NCBI GenBank assembly: GCA_965206595.1
Contig: OZ242214.1
Span: forward strand, 704,001-768,000
DNA: 64,000 nt
DNA from: Candidatus Latescibacterota bacterium
Lineage (GTDB): Bacteria; Latescibacterota; UBA2968; UBA8231
Reading direction: 5' to 3'
Below, one piece after another: positions 9,091-18,910 of this stretch. Each line of letters starts with the position of its first letter. The stretch's first letter is position 1. The position numbers and the translations under genes are program-made. The notes below the pieces were generated by a model. It searched no databases, was not told the DNA's origin, and worked only from the letters and a program-made list of their open reading frames with translations.

Positions 9091-10578
9091 GTGAAATACG
9101 ATGCCGTCATCGTCGGTTCCGGGTTCGGCGGGGCCTGCGCCGCCTACCGCCTGGTCCGTGCCGGCCTGAAGACCCTCCTGGTCGAGCGCGGGGGCTGGCC
9201 GCACCGGGACGAGTGGGACTGGAACCAGCGGCAGATTCTGATCGAGAAGCGATACCGGTCCGCCTCGCCGGTGTCGGTGCGTCAGTACGGCGCCAAAGAA
9301 GCGGAGCCGCTCTATCCGAACGAGGTGGTCGGCGGCAACTCGGTCTTTTTTGGTGGAGCTTCCCTGCGCCTGCGGGAAACCGATTTCGAGAAGTGGCCGA
9401 TCGCCTACGACGAGCTGGAGCCGTACTACGCCGAGGCCGAAAACCTGTTGGCCGTTCACGGCGAGACCGGAACCGACCCCTGCGAGCCGCGGCGCTCCGC
9501 TCCCTATCCGCGGGCCCCGGTCGACCTCGCCCCCCCTGCCCGACGCATCCGGTCGGCCGCGGAACGGCTCGGCCTCAAACCGTTTCCCCTGCCGATGGCG
9601 ATCAACTTCGACGATCCGCAACGGCCCCTCTGCATCCGCTGCTCGACCTGCGACGGGTTCCCGTGCCGGATCGAGGCCAAGAACGACATGACGGCGACGG
9701 CGCTGCGCCTGGGGCAGGAGGCCGGCCTCGAGATCGTCGCCGGCCTGGCGGCGACGCACCTGGAGGTATCGGGGGGCCGCGTCGAGGCCCTGCATGGGGT
9801 GGCCGTCACAGGCGAGCCGAAAACCCTCGTCCTGGAAGGGGAGCGTTTCTTCATCGCCGCCGGAGCGCTGCAGACCCCCGCCCTGCTGCTGCGGTCGCGC
9901 CTCGACTCGCCCGGGGCCCGGTGGATCGGCCGCTGCCTGATGAGGCACTGCAATGGGGTGGTCGCCGGGGTCTTTCCGTTTCGCACCAACCCCGGGAATC
10001 TCTTCCACAAGCAGCTCTGCTTCACCGAGTTCTACGAGCGCTTCCGCGCCCGGCACGGCACCGCCGCCGGGGTCATCCAGGATATCTACACTCCGTCGAG
10101 CGAGGTGATCTCCCACTTCGCTCCTTTCGGGCTCAAGCGGATCGCCGGGGCGTTCGGACCCTTCATGCAGAACCTGCTCTGCATCGCCGAGGACGAGCCG
10201 CGCTTCGAAAACGCCGTGCGCCTCGGCGGCGGCAGGGACGGCTGGGGGGTGGAGATTCCCCGCGTCGACCACCAGTACAGCGCGGCCGACCTAGAGCGCC
10301 GTGATTTCCTCGCGGCCCAGGCCCGCCGGGTGCTCAGGGCGGCCGGGGCGTGGAAGACGCGGATGTACGAGATCGACACCTTCTCCCATGCGGTCGGCAC
10401 GGTGCGCTGCGGCGACTCCCCGGAGCGCGGAGCCCTCGACCGCGACTGCCGCGTCTGGGGACTGGAAAATCTCTACGTCGTCGACGGCAGCTGCTTCCCT
10501 GCCTCGGGGGGCGTCAACCCGAGTCTCACCATCGCCGCCAACGCCCTGCGCGTGGCCGACGTGGGGGGCGCGGCGTGA
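9091..10578 (+). CDS. GMC family FAD oxidoreductase
   Basis: GSGFGG FAD motif, VGGNS, C-terminal HAVGT and NPSLTI. Confidence 0.92.
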   Translation: MKYDAVIVGSGFGGACAAYRLVRAGLKTLLVERGGWPHRDEWDWNQRQILIEKRYRSASPVSVRQYGAKEAEPLYPNEVVGGNSVFFGGASLRLRETDFEKWPIAYDELEPYYAEAENLLAVHGETGTDPCEPRRSAPYPRAPVDLAPPARRIRSAAERLGLKPFPLPMAINFDDPQRPLCIRCSTCDGFPCRIEAKNDMTATALRLGQEAGLEIVAGLAATHLEVSGGRVEALHGVAVTGEPKTLVLEGERFFIAAGALQTPALLLRSRLDSPGARWIGRCLMRHCNGVVAGVFPFRTNPGNLFHKQLCFTEFYERFRARHGTAAGVIQDIYTPSSEVISHFAPFGLKRIAGAFGPFMQNLLCIAEDEPRFENAVRLGGGRDGWGVEIPRVDHQYSAADLERRDFLAAQARRVLRAAGAWKTRMYEIDTFSHAVGTVRCGDSPERGALDRDCRVWGLENLYVVDGSCFPASGGVNPSLTIAANALRVADVGGAA

Positions 10579-11534
10579 TGCGGGTCGGCCTCGCCGGCTG
10601 CGGCGCCATCGGCAGGAAGCACGCCGGCACCCTGCGGGGCCGGGCGGGCCTGCTGTTTTTCAGCCGAACCCGGGCCCGAGCCGAGGAGTTCGCCCGGGAG
10701 TTCGGCGGCGAGGTGTGTGCCTCCTTCGAGGAGCTTCTCGAAAGGGCGGACGGGGTGGTCATCGCCACGCCCCCGGAGCGGCACGAGACCGAGACGGTCG
10801 CCGCCCTCGCTTCCGGGGCCGCCGCGGTTCTCGTCGAGAAACCGCTCTGCCACGAGCCGGACCAGCTCCCCCGCATCGAGGCGGCCGCGGCCCGGCATCC
10901 CGGAACCACCCTGATGGTCGCCGAGAACTACTACTACAAACCCTCCCTGCTGAAGCTGAAGCAGCACATAAGATCGGGGGACCTCGGCGAGATCGAGCGC
11001 ATCGAGGTGAAGAAGCTGAAGGAGCAAAAGGCCTCCGGGTGGCGGGCCGCCCACGGGTCGCTGCTGGAGGGGGGCATCCATTTCGTCGCCCTGGTCGCCG
11101 ATCTGCTCGACGCTGCAACCGGAAGCGAATGCGGCAGGCCGCAGCTGGTAAATGCGGAATTCCCCGGCCGGCAAAGCAGCGAGGCGGAGCGCCACGCCGT
11201 CGTCGCGCTCGGGGCGCCTGGCGGGCCGGAGGCGGAGATCCGCTACGCTTGGAACGTGCCGTCGCCGACCGGGGGGGTGTTCCAGCATTCCCGCATCGCC
11301 GGCAGCGAGGGCGGGGTGCTGTTCGAGAGCAACGGGATATACCACTGGGTGCGCTCGCAGCGGCGCCGGGCCCTGGAGTTCCCCGGCTTCGGCGACATGA
11401 TGGGCTACCGGGGGATGATGGAGGATTTCCTCGCCTGCCTGGAAGACCGGGGCCGTTCACCGTACTCGAACCTGGCGCGCGCGCGCCGCGACCTGCAGAT
11501 CGTATTCGATGCCTACCGCCGGCTGGAAGGGTAG
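10578..11534 (+). CDS. Gfo/Idh/MocA family oxidoreductase
   Basis: TGATG coupling to the GMC gene. GCGAIG, EKP and GIH motifs. Confidence 0.88.
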   Translation: MRVGLAGCGAIGRKHAGTLRGRAGLLFFSRTRARAEEFAREFGGEVCASFEELLERADGVVIATPPERHETETVAALASGAAAVLVEKPLCHEPDQLPRIEAAAARHPGTTLMVAENYYYKPSLLKLKQHIRSGDLGEIERIEVKKLKEQKASGWRAAHGSLLEGGIHFVALVADLLDAATGSECGRPQLVNAEFPGRQSSEAERHAVVALGAPGGPEAEIRYAWNVPSPTGGVFQHSRIAGSEGGVLFESNGIYHWVRSQRRRALEFPGFGDMMGYRGMMEDFLACLEDRGRSPYSNLARARRDLQIVFDAYRRLEG

Positions 11535-11741
11535 CGCCGGTTTACCGCAAGTCGCCGCAGGCGAGGTCCGCAAACCCCACAAAACGAGGCGGGACGGTCG
11601 GATCGGACGGAGACCGCAGTGCTCGGAACCGCCGGACCGGCTGCCGGGGGGCGAGGATGGACCGGCGGAAGAAGGACGGGGTACCTTTCTGGGACGAAAC
11701 TGAATTCCGAACGAAATCGTATTTCCGCGACAGGAGATTTC

Positions 11742-12146
11742 ATGACCCTGCACAAGGAACACACCGAGCGGTTCAAACAACTCGCCGAGGACGCGAGGAG
11801 CCGCATCCGCGAGACGACCGCCGACGCGATCAAGGAGCGGATCGATTCGGGGGAGGAGTTCCATCTCGTCGACGTCCGCGAAGAGAGCGAGTGGGCGGAA
11901 GGTCACCTGCCCGGGGCCTTCCACCTCGGCCGCGGCATCATCGAGCGGGACATCGAGGAGCACTTCCCCGACTACGGGGAGGAGATCGTCCTGTACTGCG
12001 GGGGCGGCTACCGCTCGGCCCTGGCCGCGGACAGCTTGCGGAAGATGGGGTACGCCAACGTGATTTCCATGGACGGGGGCTACCGCGGCTGGACAGACGC
12101 GGGGTATCCGGTAGATGGGATCGGCAGCCCGGGGAATGCCGGGTAG
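11742..12146 (+). CDS. Rhodanese-like sulfurtransferase
   Basis: DVRE, GHLPGA and YCGGGYRS. RBS AGGAG upstream. Confidence 0.92.
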   Translation: MTLHKEHTERFKQLAEDARSRIRETTADAIKERIDSGEEFHLVDVREESEWAEGHLPGAFHLGRGIIERDIEEHFPDYGEEIVLYCGGGYRSALAADSLRKMGYANVISMDGGYRGWTDAGYPVDGIGSPGNAG

Positions 12147-12171
12147 GCCCATTCAGAAAGGGGAGGGAGTT

Positions 12172-13095
12172 ATGACTGTTACCACCGCGACAGGGCAAAC
12201 CCCCGGGGTCCGGAGCATTCCGCAGCGCCTGCTGGGGAAGACGGGAGAGCTGGTCCCGGTGCTGGGTCTGGGGACCGGCCCGGGCGGCCTGGGCATGAAG
12301 GACGACGACGCCATCGCCCTTTACCTGGGCGCCATCGAGCTGGGGATCACCTATTTCGATACCGCTCCCTCGTACGACCGCGCCCACCGCCAGCTCGGCG
12401 AGATCCTGCCGCAGCACCGCGAGGGGCTGTTCCTCGCCAGCAAGGCGCACACCGCGGAGTACGACGAGGCCCTGCGCATCGTCGAGCAGAGCCTGAAGGA
12501 TCTGCGCATCGACCAGCTCGATCTCGTCTACGTCCACAGCGTCGGCAACCTCGACCCGGAAGCGGTGCTGTCCGCCAGCGGGTCGCTTGCAGGGTTGCGT
12601 CAGGCGCAGAGGCGGGGCATGACCCGCTTCGTCGGCATCACCGCGCACCACATGCCGGACCACTCCGTGCGGATCCTGAACAGCGCCGACGTCGACGTCG
12701 GCATGTTCGCGCTGAATCCGGGGGACCGCCACACCTACAACTTCGAGGAGAAGGTGCTGCCTCTGGCGCGCGCGCAGAACACCGGGATCGCGGCGATGAA
12801 GGTGTACGGCGGCGCCTCGGGGATGAAGTACCAGCTCGACGGGGAGGAGCGCTTTCGCCCGACGGCCATGGCCGTCCACGGCTTTACGGATTACGAGCGC
12901 GCCTTCCGCTACTGCCTCGACCTGCCCGGAGTGGCGGTCAACGTCATCGGGATGTACCGGGAAGAGGAGATCGAGCAGAACATCGAGCTGGCCTGCAGGT
13001 ACGAGCCGCTGGCGGATACCGAGCTGGCGATGCTGGAGAGGGCCGGCGCCGATCTCGGGAAAAGCTGGGGGGAGCACTTCGGTCCGGGGGGCTGA
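12172..13095 (+). CDS. Aldo/keto reductase
   Basis: LGLGT, FDTAPSY, SK, DLVYVH and AMK motifs. Confidence 0.9.
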   Translation: MTVTTATGQTPGVRSIPQRLLGKTGELVPVLGLGTGPGGLGMKDDDAIALYLGAIELGITYFDTAPSYDRAHRQLGEILPQHREGLFLASKAHTAEYDEALRIVEQSLKDLRIDQLDLVYVHSVGNLDPEAVLSASGSLAGLRQAQRRGMTRFVGITAHHMPDHSVRILNSADVDVGMFALNPGDRHTYNFEEKVLPLARAQNTGIAAMKVYGGASGMKYQLDGEERFRPTAMAVHGFTDYERAFRYCLDLPGVAVNVIGMYREEEIEQNIELACRYEPLADTELAMLERAGADLGKSWGEHFGPGG

Positions 13096-13205
13096 GTCCC
13101 GGGGCCGCGGGCTGGGGGCGAGCCGCTGGAGGGCCGCGTTTCAGGGGAAGGTCATTGTAAAGGGCAGGCGGCAAGGCGGGCTGAGTCTCCGGGGCCGCCG
13201 GCTGG
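13089..13205 (+). repeat. Imperfect ~27-bp direct repeat (13089-13115 and 13178-13205)
   Basis: gggctgagtc(t)ccggggccgc(g/c)ggctgg occurs twice. The first copy contains the AKR stop codon. Confidence 0.6.
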
Positions 13206-13420
13206 CGAACACCGAGGCCCGGGTGTGGTTTCAGCTTGAGGGGAGGCCATGCCGATCATGCGGACTCCGCACCAACACAGACCCCGCGAGCAACAGTAGC
13301 CCTCTCCCCCTTCCCGGACCTACTGCCCGAACTCTGGACCCGGTGTTTCCGCAGCGGTTGCAGCTCTCCGGCTCGGGCACCTTCGGCCTGGCTGCCGCCT
13401 AATCCCTGCGGGACTATCCG

Positions 13421-14497
13421 CTAATCGGAGTACAGCTCCTCCACGTCGACCGGCCGCCCCCCTTCCGCGGCGGAACGGTAAGCCGAGTCGAGCAGCTCGA
13501 CGGTCCGCCACCCCACCTCCGCGGGCGAGCCGTTTCCGGCCGCCCCCGTGATCACGTCCACGAGGTTCGAGGCCGTGGCCTGCATCGGATAGATCGCGTC
13601 ATCCCCGACCAGCGGCTCGAGCGTTTCCACGCTGTGGTCCGGGTGGGTGATTCTCCCCGTGCCCGCGAGGGAATCGAGCGAGACCTGTCCCTGCTCGCAG
13701 ATGATGTCGGTGCGCAGCCACTCCGGGTCTCCGTGGCGGATGGCGCCGGTGCTGGCGATCGAAGCGAGGGCTCCGCTGTCCAGGCGGACCGATATGGCGT
13801 CGACGACGTCGGTGGCGACATCGAGGTTCTCCATCAGGGCGGTGGTCCGCACCGGCCGCGCCCCGGTGACGAACAGCGCCAGCCCCGCGGAGTGGGTTAC
13901 CTGCAGGTGGCCCTGGCCGCCCCCGGACCGCTCGATGTCGGCGTAGACGTCCCCCGGACCGACGACGGGATAGTCGAAGTGCGGCCGGTAGGTCCGGTCC
14001 TCTCCGCGCAGGAACTGCAGCACCATCGAGGCGAAGACGGAGTTTACGAGCAGGACGGGGCCGAGCCGCCCGGACTGCACGACCTCCCTGGCGCGCAGCG
14101 TCTGCGGCGTGAAGTGCCAGGGGTAGCCGATGATCAGCTCGCGGTTCTTCTCCCCGGAGAGCGCGACCAGCTCCCGCGCGTGGGCGGCGCGCAGCACCAT
14201 CGGCTTTTCCAGCATGACGTGCAGGCCGGCCTCCAGGCAGGTGCGGGCGACCTCGAAATGCTCCGCGTGCCAGACGGCGACGACGGCGCCGTCGAGCCGC
14301 TCCTTCTCCAGCATTTCGCGGTAGTCGGTGTAGGTGCGCTCGACGCCGTACGCTTCCGCTGCTTTCGCCAGGATTTCGGGACGGAGGTCCGCGGCGGCCA
14401 CGAGCTCCGCCTCGGGATGGGCGAGGACGGCGGGGAAGTGGGCGGTCGTCGCCCACCACCCGGTGCCGATAATGCCGATTCTTGCCTTGTCAGCCAT
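13421..14497 (-). CDS. Gfo/Idh/MocA family oxidoreductase
   Basis: IGIIGTG, EKP and SGGG motifs. Confidence 0.9.
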   Translation of the reverse strand: MADKARIGIIGTGWWATTAHFPAVLAHPEAELVAAADLRPEILAKAAEAYGVERTYTDYREMLEKERLDGAVVAVWHAEHFEVARTCLEAGLHVMLEKPMVLRAAHARELVALSGEKNRELIIGYPWHFTPQTLRAREVVQSGRLGPVLLVNSVFASMVLQFLRGEDRTYRPHFDYPVVGPGDVYADIERSGGGQGHLQVTHSAGLALFVTGARPVRTTALMENLDVATDVVDAISVRLDSGALASIASTGAIRHGDPEWLRTDIICEQGQVSLDSLAGTGRITHPDHSVETLEPLVGDDAIYPMQATASNLVDVITGAAGNGSPAEVGWRTVELLDSAYRSAAEGGRPVDVEELYSD

Positions 14498-15109
14498 GGG
14501 GACCTCGGTTTCGGGAAGAAGGGGTAGGTACTTTGAAAAGAGAATTACATCGAATTGGACGAAAAGTCAGTGAGATGAATAGAATGTGGTGAAGGCCATC
14601 AGATCCTGACTGTTTAGCCCGGAAATCGGGATGTCGACTGGCTGACAAAATCACCGGGGAGGTGTGGGTTGTGGGTGGCCGCCATCGGTGTGAAGCTGCT
14701 CAAACAGGGGAAGAAATAGCATCCCGGCCGTGATCATTGACCTCGAAGATTTTTCTTCTTGGCCTATGTTGAAGCTCTGGCGAGGGGAGTGATTTTTTCG
14801 GTGCAACCTCCCTTATCTGAAACGCTACCACAGGCTGGTCACCCTGACCAACTGCGACGGCGCCAGCTACCGGGGCAGCGCCGCCCGGCGCGGCGGCCGC
14901 GGCGCAGGTGGAGGTTATCCCAACTTCCGGTTCACCAGCATGGGGAACTTATTGCCCGGCACCGGGCGGAGCGAGGCTGAACCGGGCCGTCACCGCCGCG
15001 GGAGAACATCCGCGGATTCCGGCGGCCATCTGGTTAGGCTCAAAAATCAGTGAGCCGTCGAGCCTGACCGTTCTGTGGGTGGGCATCCGCTTGAGCGCGG
15101 AGAAGAGGC

Positions 15110-15997
15110 TTACTCCAAAGAGGCCTTGATCCGCCCCCAGGTAACGGACTCGACTGCTGTATCCTGAGCGGGAAGCAACAACCCATCGAGGAAGATATCG
15201 GCCATGGAATGGAACAGCCACATAAAGGCTTCCTCATCGTCAATGGCTTCGGGATTCCAGGGAATGGGAAAACCCAAGCCTGAGGGATCGAAGTCGTAGA
15301 TCACAGGGGCGAAACCCACAATTTGATGCGCGGACAGCTCGCTGAAAGGGGTCTCGTCGATGTTGTCGCCCCATCCGTCCTGTGGCGTGACATACATCTC
15401 GACAACCCAGACAACGGGGATTTCTCCAGCTACACCTCCACCGGCGTCTCCGTAGGGCGGGGAAGTATGCCAGGGTTGGAGGTAGCTGTGTCCGTTGGCC
15501 AAGGTTGGGCCGCTTACTGTTTTTGAAATGGCCTCGTATTTCTGCGTTTCTCCATAAATCGGCATCTTCTCCTCAAGTGCACCAGGGTATCCATCAGCGA
15601 ATCCTCTGCCGCCACTGTGATCTGCATCGAGATAAAGAACAATGCTGTCGTTAAGATCTATCGTGTCTGATTCCTCTCCAGACCAATCATGGGTATTCTT
15701 GTATTCATCGTCGATGACGATGAAGGCTGCATATATCCGGTTCAGCTCGTCATGCCAAGCCAGCCAAATGCGAAAGTCGAGGTTGGAGGGATCAGGAGGG
15801 ATAAGGTTCCGATTGGTCTTGAAATCCAGCAGCGTCATATTGGGTTCCCCGATCTCATACCACTCGTCGATAAATCCATCGTGTATATCGATTTTTTCCA
15901 GCATATCATCAGTAAGCTCGTAAATGGGATATACGAGCTTACCGCTGTGGGCTTCAACCAACCCTGAAAAAATCAAAACAATCAGCAATGCATTCAC
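15110..15997 (-). CDS. Secreted CBM9/DOMON-like protein with a C-terminal 'VESVTWGRIKA' motif
   Basis: GTG start with AAGGAA RBS, signal peptide, IDGFIDEW / DSIVLYLDAD motifs, terminal TWGRIK motif. Confidence 0.75.
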   Translation of the reverse strand: MNALLIVLIFSGLVEAHSGKLVYPIYELTDDMLEKIDIHDGFIDEWYEIGEPNMTLLDFKTNRNLIPPDPSNLDFRIWLAWHDELNRIYAAFIVIDDEYKNTHDWSGEESDTIDLNDSIVLYLDADHSGGRGFADGYPGALEEKMPIYGETQKYEAISKTVSGPTLANGHSYLQPWHTSPPYGDAGGGVAGEIPVVWVVEMYVTPQDGWGDNIDETPFSELSAHQIVGFAPVIYDFDPSGLGFPIPWNPEAIDDEEAFMWLFHSMADIFLDGLLLPAQDTAVESVTWGRIKASLE

Positions 15998-16189
15998 GAG
16001 GGTGGTTCCTTCGTTCTTGAAATTGGCGTAGGGTCTATCCAGGGAACCACAGGAAGGAAGACAATCGACGGGGAAAGCCAAACCATCGAGTTGCTGGCCT
16101 AACCTCAGCCGCCGGTTGGCCCCCTCAGATTTGTTAGAAATCGCTTGGTTTCGCTGGAGAGAGTCGACCGAGTAAGCCCGCAAGATACT

Positions 16190-16634
16190 AAAAAAGCGAT
16201 ATTCCGCCATTTCCCAGACACCTACGGGTCCAAATATCACTATGGATTCCGGGCGTTCCTCCGGTTGGATTTTTTTGCCTCCTTATGCGGATGGAGGAGG
16301 AGGTGTCTTCAGTGAGGCTCCCGTCATCAGCGTGATCGAACTGTACGTTACCCCGTTCGACAGCTGGGAAGGCTGGGACTACCCGGGACAAATGGAAGTC
16401 AGCGAGTTGGCCGCCGGCAAAGTCATCGGCTTTGGAATTATAGTGTACGACCACGACCCCGGTGAACGGGAATGGTGGACCCCCGGACGGATGCAGTGGC
16501 AACGCGCCTGGCGGAGAGACGCAGATGGATTACTCGACGGTCTCCTGCTGGGTCCCGATTTGCCGGGTCCCGGAGACAGCGCGGTGGAGTCGGTCTCCTG
16601 GGGCCGGATCAAGGCCGCCTTGGAAGTGAAATAA
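16190..16634 (+). pseudogene. 5'-truncated paralog of the 15110-15997 protein
   Basis: YSAISQTPTGP...VIELYVTPFD...VESVSWGRIKA matches only the C-terminal half of the neighbour. There is an upstream in-frame stop and no signal peptide. Confidence 0.65.
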
Positions 16635-16635
16635 T

Positions 16636-17535
16636 ATGGTCCGTTTTCACAAACCAATCGCCTTGTTGGGGTTATGCTGCTGCCTTTGGCAGCAACCGGT
16701 CTCAGCCCATGACCGCGAGGGAAGCGTGTTCCTCACATCCGGGCAAGGGGGTTCCGTCAAGCGCATATCGGTCGTAGACAGCACCGATACCCCGTGTTGG
16801 ATGCCGGACGGCCGGAGCATCCTGTACGTTGCCCACACCAGCAGCGAAAACACCTTTCATCTGGTTTCCACGTCCGGGGAGAAACTGAGGACTGTTCCGA
16901 TCCCTCCCCCCATCGTCACCGTGGGGGGAATCTCCATTGCGCCCGACGGTACGGAGCTGCTCTTGTCGGGCAGAACCGCAGATCCGGAAGGGACGTTCGA
17001 CATCTACCGAATGAAACTGGGAGCCGAAGATCCGGAGTTGGAATTAATCGTTCAGGATGGAATCTTTCCGCTCTGGTCGCCCGATGGCGGGCACTTCATT
17101 ATTACCACGTTTCGTAACGGAAACATGGAACTGTTCGTCGCCGACCGGAACGGGCAAAATCTGCGCAACTTGACCCAGCACGAGAAGTACGACGGGCGCG
17201 GAACGTGGTCTCCGGATGGGGATCGCATTGCTTACGAGAGCGACCGTTTTGGCAATATCGACCTCTGCGTCGTAGATGTGGCAAGCGAAGACGTGGTCCG
17301 GCTCACCGATTATTCCGGGGAAGATCGAGAACCGTCCTGGTCCCGTAACGGAGAGATCGCCTTCGCCTCCGACCGGAATGGCTAGTTCTGCATCTACAGC
17401 ATGGCTTCGGATGGAACGGAGATAGTAAAACTGACTTCGGGGAATTACGACCGGCAGCCGGTCTGGTCCCCGGACGGCGACAGCCTCTGTTTCATCTCCC
17501 GGCTGCCCCCGCTTCCCGATACCCTGGGTAGGTAG
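16636..17535 (+). pseudogene. TolB-like/PD40 beta-propeller protein interrupted by an in-frame TAG at 17383-17385
   Basis: WSPDG repeats. After the TAG the same frame continues FCIYSMASDG...PVWSPDG to a TAG at 17533-17535. Confidence 0.75.
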
Positions 17536-17580
17536 CCCCGCGGCAGGCGGCACAGCGCCATCGGCAAGGATCAAACGAAG

Positions 17581-17614
17581 AAGCGCCTTCCGGCAGCACC
17601 TGGAAGGCGCTTTT
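17581..17614 (+). terminator. Putative intrinsic terminator
   Basis: AAGCGCCTTCC-loop-GGAAGGCGCTT followed by TT. Confidence 0.6.
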
Positions 17615-17883
17615 CCTGTTTTCCCCGGAGTGCTAATTGCAGGAATGTGTAATTGGTTTCGGCCCGTTTCAGGGGTTGATCTGGTACTGCACTCCTCCGT
17701 ACGGCTCACCGGTGCCGGGAGCACCAACATCGAGACCGACCACGGTGCACTGGTGCGCCGGCTGCGGACATGGAGATATAGTGGATTTTCTCGCGGCGCT
17801 GGGCGCACCCATGACGATCAGCGTCGCACTGACTCGAGCGCGGCCTGAAGGGGTTGGCCATGGGGATTCCCAGGCCGGCAGCT

Positions 17884-18738
17884 TCACGGAGAATCCGGAG
17901 CCGCAACGAACGGAAGGACCGCGTCCCTCATTCGGATCGTCTCCTTCATGGTGTCGGCCTTGTCCATGTCCCACACCTCCTCGTGCTCGTATTCGAGGGT
18001 GGCGTAGCCGTCGTACCCCTGCTCGGCGAGCCGCCGCATCAGTCCGGGGAAATCGATCTTCCCGTCGTCCCAGCGCGCCTGGATGCGGCCGGCGGCGCCC
18101 TGGCGCAGGTGCACGTGGCCGGCATACGGCAACAGCGGGTGCAGTTCCTCTTCCCTGTAGCCGATCGACACGCAGTGCGAGTAGTCGACGCAGATCCTGA
18201 GATCCGGGTTCTCGCGCAGGAAGGCGAGGGTCTCGGCGGGGCTCTCCAGCACCGACTCGCGGTGCGGCTCGAAGACCACGTCGACCCCTGTCCGGGTCCC
18301 GGTTTCCGCGGCCGCCCGCAGCGCTTTGGCGGAGAGCGCCTGGGCATCCTCGCGGGACATCCCCGGCTGCTCGACACCGGGAACCAGGGTGATCGACTTC
18401 AAGCCCGCGGCGGCGGCGAACTCGCAAAGCGCCGCCACCGAATCGGCATTGCGCCGGCGCATCGACTCGTCGGGTGAGTTGAGGGCCCGGTCCTCGAAGT
18501 CAGCCCCGATCAGGGTCATGAGGTTGACGAGATCGACCTCGACGCCGGCGAGCTCCTCTGCGACACGCCGGGCAACTGCCTGCGGGTCGGCCTCTATTTT
18601 CCGGACGTCCAGCAGCATGCCGGGCGCGGTGATGAGGTCCATGGCGCCGATGCCGAGGGCCCTGTAGATGCCGGCCGACTCCCGCAGGCTCGCCCCGACC
18701 CAGCTCCACTGGGCCCCGGCCAGCTTGATTCCACTCAT
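17884..18738 (-). CDS. Sugar phosphate isomerase/epimerase (xylose isomerase-like TIM barrel)
   Basis: FEPH, DYSH, HVHLR and TLEY metal-binding pattern. Confidence 0.85.
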   Translation of the reverse strand: MSGIKLAGAQWSWVGASLRESAGIYRALGIGAMDLITAPGMLLDVRKIEADPQAVARRVAEELAGVEVDLVNLMTLIGADFEDRALNSPDESMRRRNADSVAALCEFAAAAGLKSITLVPGVEQPGMSREDAQALSAKALRAAAETGTRTGVDVVFEPHRESVLESPAETLAFLRENPDLRICVDYSHCVSIGYREEELHPLLPYAGHVHLRQGAAGRIQARWDDGKIDFPGLMRRLAEQGYDGYATLEYEHEEVWDMDKADTMKETIRMRDAVLPFVAAPDSP

Positions 18739-18824
18739 TCGTGCTCCCTCTGGAGAATTCCTGCGACCGGTCCCCCGGGCCGGCAAGGCGCCCGGTTCCG
18801 ACCCGCATCGCGAATCAGCTTCCC

Positions 18825-18863
18825 AAAGAAAAAGGGCAGGCGCTCAAAACTCGGCGCCTGCCC
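18825..18863 (-). terminator. Intrinsic terminator of the cox operon
   Basis: GGGCAGGCGC/GCGCCTGCCC stem followed by a U-tract on the minus strand. Confidence 0.7.
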
Positions 18864-18910
18864 CCTCTGTCATGCCGGCGCTTACTGTCGGGCGCCAGCC
18901 AAATCAGACC

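Noticed and set aside
14500-15100. 600-bp intergenic stretch as an ncRNA or gene
   Set aside because: No recognisable RNA motif or convincing ORF. It may be decayed sequence.
17383-17385. Pyrrolysine or genetic-code reassignment of TAG
   Set aside because: TAG is used as a normal stop by many genes here and no pyl genes are visible.
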